The notes under the pieces were generated by a model. That model saw only the letters and a list, made by a program, of their open reading frames with translations, was not told the origin of the DNA and did not search any database. The position numbers were made by a program, and so were the translations under genes. A stretch of 38,101 bases of DNA from NCBI GenBank assembly GCA_040255145.1, contig JBDZUN010000005.1, positions 1-38,101 on the forward strand, written 5' to 3'. Of the stretch, positions 1-9,504 are shown piece by piece. The stretch is from Hyphomicrobiales bacterium. GTDB lineage: Bacteria > Pseudomonadota > Alphaproteobacteria > JBDZUN01. Numbering within the stretch: the first letter of the stretch is position 1; every line of letters begins with the position of its first letter.

Positions 1-416
1 GTGTCGTGATCCACGGTCGTTCGGACGCGACGCTGAACCCGGGCGGCGTGCGCATCGGCACTGCGGAGATCAGCCGCCAGGTCATGAACGTCGACGAGAT
101 CCGCGACTGCCTGGTGATCGGCCAGGAGTGGGAGCACGACGTACGCGTCGTCCTGTTCGTGGTCCTGGCGCCGGACGCGACGCTCACGCCCGAGCTCCAG
201 GATCACCTCCGGACGCGGATCCGCACCGGCGCGTCGCCTCGGCACGTGCCGGCGCGGATCGTCGCCGTGCCTGATCTGCCCCGGACCCGCAGCAACAAGC
301 TGTCCGAGCTCGCGGTGCGCGACGTCGTGCACGGACGGCCGGTCGCCAACACCGAGGCGCTGAGCAACCCCGAAGCACTCGAGCACTTCCGCGACCTCGA
401 GGAGCTGCGCACGTGA
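1..416 (+). CDS. acetoacetate-CoA ligase (acetoacetyl-CoA synthetase), C-terminal fragment; the 5' end lies outside the window
   Basis: The frame is open to the window edge (track ORF 6..416). The translation ...[20 protein letters not shown]...[20 protein letters not shown]... resembles the C-terminal domain of AMP-forming acetoacetyl-CoA synthetases (recall-based). Third codon positions are GC-rich. Confidence 0.8.
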   Translation, partial: VVIHGRSDATLNPGGVRIGTAEISRQVMNVDEIRDCLVIGQEWEHDVRVVLFVVLAPDATLTPELQDHLRTRIRTGASPRHVPARIVAVPDLPRTRSNKLSELAVRDVVHGRPVANTEALSNPEALEHFRDLEELRT

Positions 417-1155
417 CCCGCCTGCGCAGCCTCCCCACCGTCCCCGCCAGCCGCCCGGACCTCGTGGCCAAGGCACCGCGCACGAAGCCGGACGCGGCGT
501 AGGCGGTCGCGGTCTCGTCCAGGAAGCGGAACACCGACTCATAGAGGCCGATGTCGACGAACTGGCCCTGGCCGGTCTTCTCGGCGACGCGCAGGCCCAT
601 CAGCACGCCGACCGCGCCCCACACGCCCGACATGTAGTCGGCGAGCGAGGTGGAGCCGGGCACGACAGGCACGCGGCCCGCTTCGCCGGCGAGATAGGCG
701 AGGCCGGAAAAGGCGTGCGCGATGCGCGCGAAACCTGGCCGCTCGCGATAGGGGCCGGTCTGGCCATAGGCGCTGACGCGCAGCATGACGAGGCGCGGGT
801 TGACCGCCTTCAGCGCCTCGTAGCCCAGGCCCCACTTCTCCAGGGTGCCGGGGCGGAAATTCTCCAGCACCACGTCGGATTGCGCGACCAGCTTGCGGAA
901 CAGGTCGGCGCCTTCCGCGTTGCGCAAATCGAGCGTGACCGATTTCTTGTTCCGCGCCTCCGACAGCCAGACCATCGTGTCGCCGGCCGCGGTCGGCGTG
1001 CCGAACCGGCGTAGCGGGTCGCCGACGCCCGGTTGCTCGACCTTGATCACCTCGGCGCCGAAATCCGCCAGCACCGTGCCGCAGAACGGCGCGGCCAGGA
1101 AGGTCGCGATGTCCAGGACGCGGACGCCGTCGAGCGGCGGTTTCACCGCGCTCAT
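184..1155 (-). CDS. family III CoA-transferase (CaiB/BaiF type), apparently 3'-truncated; probable pseudogene or gene remnant
   Basis: The ATG at 1155 ([26 protein letters not shown]...) overlaps the stop of the upstream lyase gene in an ATGA. About 226 aa of good CaiB-like sequence run down to roughly nt 478 (...[23 protein letters not shown]). After that the frame becomes Arg/Ala-rich nonsense antisense to the aacS-like gene until the stop at 184. Family members are usually about 380-410 aa. Confidence 0.65.
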   Translation of the reverse strand: MSAVKPPLDGVRVLDIATFLAAPFCGTVLADFGAEVIKVEQPGVGDPLRRFGTPTAAGDTMVWLSEARNKKSVTLDLRNAEGADLFRKLVAQSDVVLENFRPGTLEKWGLGYEALKAVNPRLVMLRVSAYGQTGPYRERPGFARIAHAFSGLAYLAGEAGRVPVVPGSTSLADYMSGVWGAVGVLMGLRVAEKTGQGQFVDIGLYESVFRFLDETATAYAASGFVRGALATRSGRLAGTVGRLRRRVTCAAPRGRGSARVLRGCSAPRCWRPAVRARRRAPRARTACCCGSGADQARRRSAPARAEATRRCGSASGGDPGARA

Positions 1156-2159
1156 GACGCCACCGCCGTTGCGGAATGCGCCGCGGCATGGGCATCGGCC
1201 GCCGCGGCCCGGCGCAGGATGGTGTTGGCGAGCTTTTCGTGCGCGCGGTCGAGCAGCACGCCCTTCTGGCCGATCGCGCCCCGCCCTTCGGCATCGGCCT
1301 CGGCGATGGTGCGGGCGAGATCGCCGGCCCACGCAACCTGCTCAGGCGACGGCGTGAACACCTGGTTGGCCAGCTCGACCTGCGTCGGGTGGATCGCCCA
1401 CTTGCCCTCGAAGCCGAGCGCCGTGCCGCGCCGCGCGCTGGCGAGATAGCCGTCCGGGTCGCCGTAATTGGTGAACGGGCCGTCGATCGGTCGCAGGCCG
1501 TAGGCGCGGCAGGCATTGGCGATGCGCGCCAGCGCGAAGTGCCACTGGTCGTTCCAATGACGCAGGCGGGCGCCTGTTTCATCCGGGTCGGTCAGCATGG
1601 CGTAGTCGGGGTTGGCCGCGCCGAACACGCGGTCGAAGCTGCGCAGGTCGATCGAATAATCGCCGACGCCGAACACCATCGCCTCCAGCCGCTCCGACGA
1701 TGCGGCGATCTGCTCGGCGTGAGCGAGACCGAGAGTCGTCTCGATCAGCACCTGGATGCCGATGCGCTTGTCGCGCTTGTGCTCGCGCTCGATCCCGGTC
1801 AGCAACTGGTCGACGAACTGGACGTCGAACGGCGTGCCGGTCTTGGGCAAGAGGATCAGGTCGAGGCGCGGGCAGCGGCTCGCCACTTCCAGGATGTCGC
1901 GATGTGCCCATTCGGTGTCCAGGCTGTTGACCCGCACCGACATCAGCTTGTCGCCCCAGTCGATCTCGTTGAGCGCGCGGATCGCGGCCTCGCGCGCGGT
2001 GGGCTTCAGCGCCGGCGCTACCGCGTCTTCGAGGTCGAGGAACACGGCGTCCGCGCCGCCTTGCGCCGCCTTCAGGAAAAAGCGCTCCGACGTGGCGGGC
2101 ACCGCCAGGTCCGAACGCTGCAGCCGGAACGGCTTCGGTTTGATCACGGTCGCGGTCAT
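1152..2159 (-). CDS. HpcH/HpaI aldolase / citrate-lyase beta (CitE) family acyl-CoA lyase, malyl-CoA or citramalyl-CoA lyase-like
   Basis: The internal ATG at 2159 gives [47 protein letters not shown]..., typical of malyl-CoA/CitE-like lyases. The upstream part of track ORF 1152..2333 is non-coding-looking and overlaps the divergent LysR start. The 335-aa length fits the family. Confidence 0.8.
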   Translation of the reverse strand: MTATVIKPKPFRLQRSDLAVPATSERFFLKAAQGGADAVFLDLEDAVAPALKPTAREAAIRALNEIDWGDKLMSVRVNSLDTEWAHRDILEVASRCPRLDLILLPKTGTPFDVQFVDQLLTGIEREHKRDKRIGIQVLIETTLGLAHAEQIAASSERLEAMVFGVGDYSIDLRSFDRVFGAANPDYAMLTDPDETGARLRHWNDQWHFALARIANACRAYGLRPIDGPFTNYGDPDGYLASARRGTALGFEGKWAIHPTQVELANQVFTPSPEQVAWAGDLARTIAEADAEGRGAIGQKGVLLDRAHEKLANTILRRAAAADAHAAAHSATAVAS

Positions 2160-2253
2160 CGTCTCGGCCTCTGCGCGCTGAACGGGATAGGCGACTACGA
2201 CTACGCCCGATCCGCATGCAGGGAAACTAGCGTCCGGTGTTATGCCCAGGAAA

Positions 2254-2285
2254 CGATATTGTCTTATAGACTGATCTCGGTATCG
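2254..2285. promoter_or_regulatory. AT-richer divergent promoter/operator region between the lyase operon and the LysR gene, with inverted repeat CGATA-N22-TATCG
   Basis: This is the only AT-rich stretch in the 150-bp divergent intergenic region (cgatattgtcttatagactgatctcggtatcg). LysR regulators typically bind dyads in such regions. No consensus could be verified. Confidence 0.25.
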
Positions 2286-2310
2286 GAATAATCGCGACGG
2301 CGGACGCTCG

Positions 2311-3216
2311 ATGGGGCCGGGGCCAGCGGTCAATCACAAGCTGCTGCAGATCTTCGTCGCGGTCGCCGAGGGGCGCAGCTTCCGGCGCGCCGCCGATACG
2401 CTCGGCCGGTCGCAATCCGCCGTCAGCATGCAGGTGCGCCAGCTTGAGGCGCAGCTCGGCGTGCCTTTGTTCCACCGCACCACGCGCCGGGTGGAGCTGA
2501 CGGCCGAAGGCGCCCAGCTTCTGACGCACGCGCGGCGCGCCGTGGCCGAATGGGAAACGGGGCTCCAGAAGATCCGCGAGGCGGCCGACATGCAGCGCGG
2601 CACGCTCGCCATCGCCTGCGTGCCGACCTTGGCGGCGACGCGCCTGCCGGCGGCGCTGGCCGCCTACCAGCGGGCCTGTCCGGGGATTCGGGTGACGCTG
2701 TGCGAGCTGGCGACGCGCGAACTGGTCGACGCCCTGCGCCGGCAGGAGGTCGACCTCGGCATCGGCCCGTGCGTGGATCGCGCAACCGACCTCGATTTCT
2801 TTCCGGTCGCGACCGACCCGATCGTCGCGCTGGCGGCGTCCGCCTATCCGCTCGGCCGGCGGGGACGGGTCGACCTGGAGACGCTGTGCGGCTATCCGAT
2901 CCTGCTCAATTCGTGGTCGGCGGAGCTGCGCGCGGCGCTGGAGCGCGATCTGGCGCGGCGCGGCCTGGCCTTCGACGTGAAGTTCGAGGTGCTGCATGTT
3001 CACACCCTGGCCGCCTTCGCGATCGCGGGGCTGGGCGTCGCGATCCTGCCCAGGGTCGCCGTGCCGCCGGCGCTGCCGGCGAGGATGCAGGCCCTGCCGG
3101 TCGGCGACCCGGCGATGACGCGCACGGTCGGCATCCTGACCCGCCGCGGGCACAGCCTGTCGCCCGCCGGGGAAGCCCTGAAGGAAGTCGTCGTCCGCAC
3201 CTTCGGCGACGGATGA
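2311..3216 (+). CDS. LysR-family transcriptional regulator
   Basis: N-terminal wHTH ([57 protein letters not shown]) followed by a periplasmic-binding-like effector domain of normal length (301 aa). It is divergent from the lyase/CoA-transferase genes. Confidence 0.9.
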   Translation: MGPGPAVNHKLLQIFVAVAEGRSFRRAADTLGRSQSAVSMQVRQLEAQLGVPLFHRTTRRVELTAEGAQLLTHARRAVAEWETGLQKIREAADMQRGTLAIACVPTLAATRLPAALAAYQRACPGIRVTLCELATRELVDALRRQEVDLGIGPCVDRATDLDFFPVATDPIVALAASAYPLGRRGRVDLETLCGYPILLNSWSAELRAALERDLARRGLAFDVKFEVLHVHTLAAFAIAGLGVAILPRVAVPPALPARMQALPVGDPAMTRTVGILTRRGHSLSPAGEALKEVVVRTFGDG

Positions 3217-3289
3217 TGAAAGGCGCGGGCGCGGCGCCCGGATCGCGCCTATTGTTTCCCGTACAACGCCGTCACGCCGGGAGAACCAG

Positions 3290-4171
3290 ATGCCGCTTTC
3301 CGCCGCCGAATTGCCGAAGAAGTCCGTAGACGTCCTGGGCAGCCGCATGGCCTATGTCGAGATGGGCCAGGGCGCGCCGATCGTGTTCCAGCACGGCAAT
3401 CCGACCTCGTCCTATCTGTGGCGCAACGTGATGCCGCATCTGGCGGACCAGGGCCGCTGCATCGCGCTCGACTTGGTCGGCATGGGCGATTCCGACAAGC
3501 TGTCGCCGTCGGGGCCCGACCGCTACACCTTCGCCGAGCACTCGCGCTATTTCGACGCGGCGCTGGCCGCGCTGGGGGTCGCGCGCGACGTCACCTTCGT
3601 CATCCACGACTGGGGCTCCGCCCTCGGCTTCGACTGGGCCAACCGGCACCGCGATGCGGTCAAGGGCATCGCCTATATGGAGCCGATCGTCCGGCCGATG
3701 ACCTGGGAGGAGTGGCCGGACGCGATCCGCGACCTGTTCGCCGCGTTCCGCTCGCCGGCCGGCGAGGACATGATCCTGCAGAAGAACGTGTTCGTGGAGC
3801 GGGTGCTGCCCGGGTCGATCCTGCGCAAGCTGACCGACGCCGAGATGGCGGTCTATCGCCGCCCGTTCGTGCAAGCCGGCGAGGGCCGGCGGCCGACCCT
3901 GACCTGGCCGCGCCAGATTCCGCTGGGCGGCAAGCCGGCGGACGTGGTGGCGCGCGTCCAGGCCTATGCCGAATGGCTGGCGGGCAGCGACGTGCCCAAG
4001 CTGTTCGTCAATGCCGAGCCGGGCGCGATCGGCACCGGGCCGATGCGCGACTTCTGCCGCACCTGGCCGAACCAGCAGGAGGTCACCGTGCGCGGCAGCC
4101 ACTTCATCCAGGAGGATTCGCCCGACGAGATCGGCCAGGCCATCGCCGCCTGGCGCCGCGGCCTGGGGTGA
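3290..4171 (+). CDS. haloalkane dehalogenase, HLD-II subfamily (DhaA/LinB-like alpha/beta hydrolase)
   Basis: Motifs are visible: [13 protein letters not shown] (halide-stabilising Asn), [10 protein letters not shown] (nucleophile Asp plus Trp), YMEPIV (catalytic acid Glu) and [10 protein letters not shown] (His). The 293-aa length fits. Confidence 0.88.
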   Translation: MPLSAAELPKKSVDVLGSRMAYVEMGQGAPIVFQHGNPTSSYLWRNVMPHLADQGRCIALDLVGMGDSDKLSPSGPDRYTFAEHSRYFDAALAALGVARDVTFVIHDWGSALGFDWANRHRDAVKGIAYMEPIVRPMTWEEWPDAIRDLFAAFRSPAGEDMILQKNVFVERVLPGSILRKLTDAEMAVYRRPFVQAGEGRRPTLTWPRQIPLGGKPADVVARVQAYAEWLAGSDVPKLFVNAEPGAIGTGPMRDFCRTWPNQQEVTVRGSHFIQEDSPDEIGQAIAAWRRGLG

Positions 4172-4175
4172 GGCC

Positions 4176-5264
4176 CTAACGCCCTGGATTCTGCGCGCGG
4201 TGGCGCAGCAGGTGGTCGGCCAGCACGCAGGCGACCATCGCCTCGCCGACCGGGGCGGCGCGGATGCCGACGCAGGGGTCGTGGCGGCCGGTGGTGGACA
4301 TTTCGGTCTCTGCGCCGGCCGTCGTCACGGTGCGGCGCGGCGTGCGGATCGACGAGGTCGGCTTGACTGCGAAGCGCGCCACGATGTCCTGGCCGGTCGC
4401 GATGCCGCCCAGGATGCCGCCGGCGCGGTTGGACAGGAAGACCGGGCGGCCGTCCTCCATGCGCATCTCGTCGGCATTGTCCTCGCCCGACAGCGCGGCG
4501 GCGGCGAAGCCGTCGCCGATCTCGACGCCCTTGACCGCGTTGATGCTCATCAGCGCCTGGGCGATGTCGGCGTCGAGCTTGGCGTAGAGCGGCGCGCCGA
4601 GGCCGGCGGGCACGCCGCTCGCCACCACCTCCAGCACCGCGCCGCAGGACGAACCTTGCCGGCGCACGTCGTCCAGATGCGCCTCCCATAGCGGCGCGGT
4701 CTCGGCGTCCGGACACCAGAACGGATTGCGCTCCACCTCCACCCAGTCCCAACGCGCGCGGTCAATGGCAATGCCCCCGATCTGGACCAGCGCGCCGCGG
4801 ACGGTCACGCCGCCGGGCACCGCGGCGTCCAGAACCTTGCGCGCGACGCCGCCGGCGGCGACCCGCGCTGCGGTCTCGCGCGCCGACTGCCGGCCGCCGC
4901 CGCGATGGTCGCGCACGCCGTATTTGGCCCAATAGGTGAAGTCGGCGTGGCCCGGCCGGAACGAATCCTTGATCGCGTCGTAGTCCTTGGACCGCTGGTC
5001 CTCGTTGCGGATCACAAGCGAGATCGGCGTTCCCGTGGTCACGCCCTCGAACACGCCGGACAGGATCTCGACGGTGTCGGATTCGCGCCGCTGAGTGGTG
5101 AAGCGCGACTGGCCCGGCCGGCGCCGGTTCAGCCAAACCTGGAGGTCGGCTTCGGCCAAGGAGATGCCCGGCGGCGTACCGTCGACGACGCAGCCGAGTG
5201 CGGGCCCGTGCGATTCGCCCCAGGTCGTCACCCGGAACAGGTGGCCGAATGTGTTGTGCGACAT
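4176..5264 (-). CDS. aroC: chorismate synthase
   Basis: N-terminus [29 protein letters not shown]... and family motifs throughout; 362 aa. Confidence 0.95.
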   Translation of the reverse strand: MSHNTFGHLFRVTTWGESHGPALGCVVDGTPPGISLAEADLQVWLNRRRPGQSRFTTQRRESDTVEILSGVFEGVTTGTPISLVIRNEDQRSKDYDAIKDSFRPGHADFTYWAKYGVRDHRGGGRQSARETAARVAAGGVARKVLDAAVPGGVTVRGALVQIGGIAIDRARWDWVEVERNPFWCPDAETAPLWEAHLDDVRRQGSSCGAVLEVVASGVPAGLGAPLYAKLDADIAQALMSINAVKGVEIGDGFAAAALSGEDNADEMRMEDGRPVFLSNRAGGILGGIATGQDIVARFAVKPTSSIRTPRRTVTTAGAETEMSTTGRHDPCVGIRAAPVGEAMVACVLADHLLRHRAQNPGR

Positions 5265-5291
5265 GATCCGGCGCGGCCGTCCGGCGGCCGC

Positions 5292-6128
5292 CTAGGAGGC
5301 GGAGCTTTCGGGCGCCAGCGCGACGGCGATGTCGGGCGCGTCCTCGGCCTTCATGCCGACGACGTGATAGCCGCAATCGACGTGATGAACCTCGCCGGTC
5401 ACGCCGCTGCCCAGGTCGCTCAGAAGGTAGAGGCCGGCCTTGCCGACCTCCTCCAACGCCACGTTGCGGCGGAGCGGCGCGTTCAGCTCGTTCCACTTCA
5501 GGATGTAGCGGAAATCGCCGATGCCGGAGGCCGCTAGGGTGCGGATCGGCCCGGCCGAGATCGCGTTGACCCGGATGCCGTCGCGGCCGAGATCGACGGC
5601 GAGATAGCGCACGCTAGCCTCCAGCGCGGCCTTGGCGACCCCCATTACGTTGTAATGCGGCATCACCTTTTCCGAACCGTAATAGGTCAGGGTCAGCAGG
5701 CTGCCGCCGTTTTTCATCAGTTTTTCGGCGCGCTGGCAGATCGCGGTGAACGAGTAACAGGAGATGTTCAGGCTCATCGCGAAGTTTTCAGGCGTCGTCT
5801 CGACATAGCGACCCTTGAGCTGGTCCTTGTCGGAAAACGCGATCGCATGGACCAGGAAGTCGAGGCTGCCCCATTCGCTGGCCAGCGTTGCGAATACCGC
5901 GTCGAGGCTCGCGCTGTCGGACACGTCGCACGGCAGCACCAGCGGTGCGCCCAGCGTCTCGGCCAGCGGCATCACGCGCTTGCGGAACGCATCGCCCTGG
6001 TAGGTGAAAGCGAGCTCCGCTCCCTCCGCCGCGCAGGCCTTGGCAATCGCCCAGGCGATCGAGCGGTCGTTGGCCACGCCCATGACGAGGCCCCGCCTGC
6101 CCTCCATCAGTCCGGGCCGTCCGGTCAT
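5292..6128 (-). CDS. fabI: enoyl-[acyl-carrier-protein] reductase (NADH), FabI type
   Basis: GLVMGVANDRSIAWAIA dinucleotide-binding start and the Y-x6-K active site (PHYNVMGVAKAALE). I chose the start at ATG 6128 (MTGRPGLMEGRRGL...); the track ORF extends to 6158. Confidence 0.92.
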   Translation of the reverse strand: MTGRPGLMEGRRGLVMGVANDRSIAWAIAKACAAEGAELAFTYQGDAFRKRVMPLAETLGAPLVLPCDVSDSASLDAVFATLASEWGSLDFLVHAIAFSDKDQLKGRYVETTPENFAMSLNISCYSFTAICQRAEKLMKNGGSLLTLTYYGSEKVMPHYNVMGVAKAALEASVRYLAVDLGRDGIRVNAISAGPIRTLAASGIGDFRYILKWNELNAPLRRNVALEEVGKAGLYLLSDLGSGVTGEVHHVDCGYHVVGMKAEDAPDIAVALAPESSAS

Positions 6129-6212
6129 GCACAACTCCCTGCTCGGAAAACGGCGCATCCTACACCAAGAGGGGGGGTGGTCAACGGAAGCGGCAGCGCC
6201 TGTTACAGACGC

Positions 6213-7112
6213 TCAGTCGCGGCGCAGCGAACGGTCCTCGATCTCGGCGACGGCCGCGTTGAACTCGGCGCCGAAGATGAAGATGGCGCCGCTGACATAG
6301 AAGAACAGCAGGACGACGACGACGCCGCTCAGGCTGCCGTACATGCTGGTGAAGGCCCCAAAGACCGACAGATAGCCGGAGAACAGCGCCGCGACGGTCA
6401 ACCACAGCACGACGGCCAGAAGCGCGCCGGGCAGCACCCAGCGCCACGCGATCCAGCGGTTCGGCAGGATGTAGTAGAACGTGGAGACGGCGGCGAACGA
6501 GACGCTGGCGCTGATCAGATAGCGCAGCACGCCCCAGGCGTGCTTCAGGTCGGGATTGGGCAGCAGATAGGGCGCCACGCTCGACCACACGACCGGCCCG
6601 ACGACCAGGAACGCCATCCACATCATGGTGGCGAAGGCGGCAACCAGGATCAGGCCCAGGCTCTGCAGTCGCCGTCGCCACAGCGCCTTGGGCGCGCGCA
6701 CGCCATAGGCGCGGTTGAGCGCGGAGCGCGCGGCCTCCAGGCCCGACGCCGCGGTCCAGATCGTCCCGATGATGCCGACAGTCAGCGCCTTGCCGTAGTC
6801 GGAGGTTGCCTGGCGCATCGGCCCGGCCAGCGTGCTGGCGACGTTGCTGGGAAGCTGGGTCAGGATCTGGCTGGCGAACCGGGTGCCCCAGCCGGTTTCG
6901 CCGATCAGGCTGGCGGCGGAGACCACGACGATCAGGAACGGGAATAGGGAGAACAGGCCGATATAGGCGAGGTTGCCGGCCTGGGTGAAACCGTCGTCCT
7001 GATAGAAATGACGGCCGGCGAAGCGGAGGGTGAGCAAAAGGTCGCGTGGCAGGCCGCGGACCGATCGCCAGCGCCGGCGCCCGGTGCCGAGGCCGCGTCT
7101 AGTCGTTTTCAC
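6213..7112 (-). CDS. YihY/BrkB (virulence factor BrkB / 'RNase BN-like') family inner-membrane protein
   Basis: ...FYQDDGFTQAGNLAYIGLFSLFPFLIVVVS... followed by about 6 hydrophobic segments. The start overlaps the upstream DnaJ-like gene by 14 nt. Confidence 0.8.
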   Translation of the reverse strand: MKTTRRGLGTGRRRWRSVRGLPRDLLLTLRFAGRHFYQDDGFTQAGNLAYIGLFSLFPFLIVVVSAASLIGETGWGTRFASQILTQLPSNVASTLAGPMRQATSDYGKALTVGIIGTIWTAASGLEAARSALNRAYGVRAPKALWRRRLQSLGLILVAAFATMMWMAFLVVGPVVWSSVAPYLLPNPDLKHAWGVLRYLISASVSFAAVSTFYYILPNRWIAWRWVLPGALLAVVLWLTVAALFSGYLSVFGAFTSMYGSLSGVVVVLLFFYVSGAIFIFGAEFNAAVAEIEDRSLRRD

Positions 7113-8007
7113 GGCGGCGGCGCGGATCGTAGGGATGGTCTGGCGCCCAGCGGCGTACGAAGCCCTGGAGCGCGGCGTCGGGCTCCTCTGGCAGCACGAT
7201 CCGCAAGCTGACGTAGTGGTCGCCGCGCCGGCCCTTACCGTTCGGCGCGCCCCGGCCCTTGAGGCGCAACGGCTTCGTGCCGCTGCTGCCTGGCGGGACG
7301 GTCACGACGACCGGCCCGTCGATGGTCGGTACCGTGACCTTGGCGCCCAGGACCGCCTCGGCCAGGCCGACGTTCAGATCGCAGTGGATGTCGTCGCCGT
7401 CGCGCCGGAAGTCGGGATGCGGTTCGATCCGCACCTCGACCAGCGCGTCGCCCGTCTGGCCGCGGCCTTGCGGCGGGGCCTCGCCCTGGCCGCGCAACCT
7501 CAGGGTCTGGCCGTCGCGCGTGCCGGCCGGGACGCGGACATCGATTCGCCTGCCACCGGGCAGGATGACGGGCCGGGTGCAGCCGCGGATCGCTGCGATC
7601 AGGTCGAGCGTCAGGTCGATCCGTGCGTCGGCGCCCTTCACCTTCGTCTCGTCGGGCTGGCGCGATGCCCCACGCGTGCGGAAGAGTTCGGTGAACAGAT
7701 CCTCGACGTTGAACGCCCCACGGCCGCCGCCGCGCCCGTTGCGCGCCCAGGCGGCGAAGCCGGCCTCCGCGTCACGGCCCTGCGCCCCCTCCTCGCCGGT
7801 GAAGCCCGTCCGGTCGAAGCGGGCACGGCGCGCCGGCTCGCGCAGCAGATCGTAGGCGGCCGAGATCTCGTGAAAACGTTCGGCCTGCCGGGCGTCGCCG
7901 GGGCTGAGATCCGGGTGATGCGTCTTGGCCAGCCGGCGATAGGCGCGCTTGATCTCCGCGTCCGTGGCGCCGCGGCTGACGCCCAGCGTGGCGTAGGGAT
8001 CGCGCAT
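7099..8007 (-). CDS. DnaJ-family co-chaperone lacking the Zn-finger domain (CbpA-like: J domain plus DnaJ C-terminal domains)
   Basis: The J domain carries HPD (DPYATLGVSRGATDAEIKRAYRRLAKTHHPDL). There is a G-rich linker but no CxxCxGxG repeats. The C-terminal beta-domains are present (...LRLRGQGE...LRLKGRGAP...). Confidence 0.88.
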   Translation of the reverse strand: MRDPYATLGVSRGATDAEIKRAYRRLAKTHHPDLSPGDARQAERFHEISAAYDLLREPARRARFDRTGFTGEEGAQGRDAEAGFAAWARNGRGGGRGAFNVEDLFTELFRTRGASRQPDETKVKGADARIDLTLDLIAAIRGCTRPVILPGGRRIDVRVPAGTRDGQTLRLRGQGEAPPQGRGQTGDALVEVRIEPHPDFRRDGDDIHCDLNVGLAEAVLGAKVTVPTIDGPVVVTVPPGSSGTKPLRLKGRGAPNGKGRRGDHYVSLRIVLPEEPDAALQGFVRRWAPDHPYDPRRRREND

Positions 8008-8024
8008 CCTCGATATCCCGGCGG

Positions 8025-8771
8025 TCAGGGTGGCGGCGCGCCTGGTGGCGGCGGTGTTCGGACGGGTGCGGACGGGATCGGCACGGTATCCTCGTCAGAG
8101 GGCGGCGGCATCCGAAGGGGTGCCGATGGAATCGACACGGCATTCGCGTCGGGGGGCGGCGGGGCGCTCGGCGCCGGCGGCCGGCCATCGGGCGGCAGCC
8201 GATTGGCGATCTCCGGCAGCGCGGCCGTGTCGGGCGGCAGGTTCAGCGGGCTGAACGGCACGAGCTGGCCGAGCCGCTTCAGCGCGCCGGGCTCGCCGTT
8301 GCGCGCGGCCAGATAGTACCAGCCCATCGCCCGTGCCGGGTCGTGGTTCACGCCCAGGCCGGATTCGTACATCATGCCCAGATTGTATTGCGCCAGAGGA
8401 TGGCCGGCGCGCGCCGCCCGCTCGAACCAGCGCGCCGCCTCACGCGGGTCTTTCGGCACGCCTTCGCCGCGCAGGTAGAGCACGGCGAGGTTGACCTGCG
8501 CGGCGGTGAGGCCGTGTTCCGCCGCCCGCTCGTACCAATAGGCCGCCTTGGCCGGGTCCCTGGCCGTCCCGAGGCCGAGGCGGTAGAGCTGCGCGACATT
8601 GCGCTGCGCCGCCAGGTCGTCCTTCTGGGCCAGCGGCAGCCACTGCGCCATCGCTTCGCGATAGTCGTGGCGGTCATAGGCGGTTAGCCCGGCCTGGAAA
8701 TCGGCCAGGGCCGCGCGCGGCAGCCACAGGCAGAAGCCGAGAAGCAGAGCAAACAGGACGGGCCGGGACAT
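8025..8771 (-). CDS. secreted Sel1-repeat (SLR/TPR-like) protein with a proline-rich C-terminal tail
   Basis: The start at ATG 8771 gives the signal-like sequence MSRPVLFALLLGFCLWLPRAALA. At least four Sel1 repeats follow (AQxNxAxLYxxGxGxxxDxxxAxxWYxxAA pattern). The tail carries two copies of xxVxIPSAPxRxPPP. Confidence 0.8.
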   Translation of the reverse strand: MSRPVLFALLLGFCLWLPRAALADFQAGLTAYDRHDYREAMAQWLPLAQKDDLAAQRNVAQLYRLGLGTARDPAKAAYWYERAAEHGLTAAQVNLAVLYLRGEGVPKDPREAARWFERAARAGHPLAQYNLGMMYESGLGVNHDPARAMGWYYLAARNGEPGALKRLGQLVPFSPLNLPPDTAALPEIANRLPPDGRPPAPSAPPPPDANAVSIPSAPLRMPPPSDEDTVPIPSAPVRTPPPPGAPPP

Positions 8772-8874
8772 CGGCAACCTATACGGCCGGCGCCGGTCTG
8801 CAGCAAGCGCCGCCGCCGGGTGTTCCGCGACGACGAAGGGGCGCCGCGCCTCGACGGCCGGGTCCGTCCCCGCG

Positions 8875-9366
8875 CTAGCTGTTGACCACCTGCCACGATC
8901 CGTCCGGCTGCCGGCAGGCGGTGCCATATGCCGATTGCGGCCGTCCGTCGATGGTCACGGTCTGCTGGTATTCGCGGCAATACTGGCCCGAGTTGCTGCG
9001 ATAGGCCGGTTGCGGAACGACCTCGCCATAGTGGCCGGAATCGGGATTGCGCCATCCCACCGGAGCGCCCGACTGGCCGGTTTCCAGCGCCCGCTGGGTC
9101 GACTGTTCCAGCGCGATGCGGTCGGCGCGGTCGAGCGACTTGCCGACCTCCGAGCCGATCAGCGCGCCGCCCAGGGTGCCAATCGCGACCGCGGCAAGCC
9201 GGCCGCCGCCATGGCCGACCTGCGCGCCGAGCAGGCCGCCGGCGGCGGCGCCGATCAATGTGCCGCCGGTCTGCTTCGGGCCGTACGGGTTGCCGTACTG
9301 GTCGCCAGCGCAGGCCGCGAGCGCCAAGGCCAAGGCCCCGGCCAGGACCAGTTTCACGAGACGCAT
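8875..9366 (-). CDS. outer-membrane/surface lipoprotein with a glycine-zipper (17-kDa surface antigen-like) segment
   Basis: The start at ATG 9366 gives MRLVKLVLAGALALALAAC (lipobox LAAC). Glycine-zipper segments: GGTLIGAAAGGLLGAQVGHGGG and AIGTLGGALIGSEVG. There is a Cys-containing C-terminal domain. The rest of track ORF 8875..10563 is antisense junk. Confidence 0.78.
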   Translation of the reverse strand: MRLVKLVLAGALALALAACAGDQYGNPYGPKQTGGTLIGAAAGGLLGAQVGHGGGRLAAVAIGTLGGALIGSEVGKSLDRADRIALEQSTQRALETGQSGAPVGWRNPDSGHYGEVVPQPAYRSNSGQYCREYQQTVTIDGRPQSAYGTACRQPDGSWQVVNS

Positions 9367-9504
9367 TCTCGCCCCCTCTTCGCCGTTCGCCTGCGGCCGC
9401 CGTCGATCGTGACAAGACGCGCGCCGCTCCATTCGTGTTAGATAGAGTATTCGCGTGTCCGACCCAAGCGGGCGTGCCGCCGCATCCGCGGATTCTTCGC
9501 CATA

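Noticed and set aside
184-416. Possible genuine dual coding (overlapping genes) of the aacS C-terminus and the CoA-transferase C-terminus
   Set aside because: The minus-strand translation here has no CoA-transferase similarity and has junk composition. Truncation of the transferase explains it more simply.
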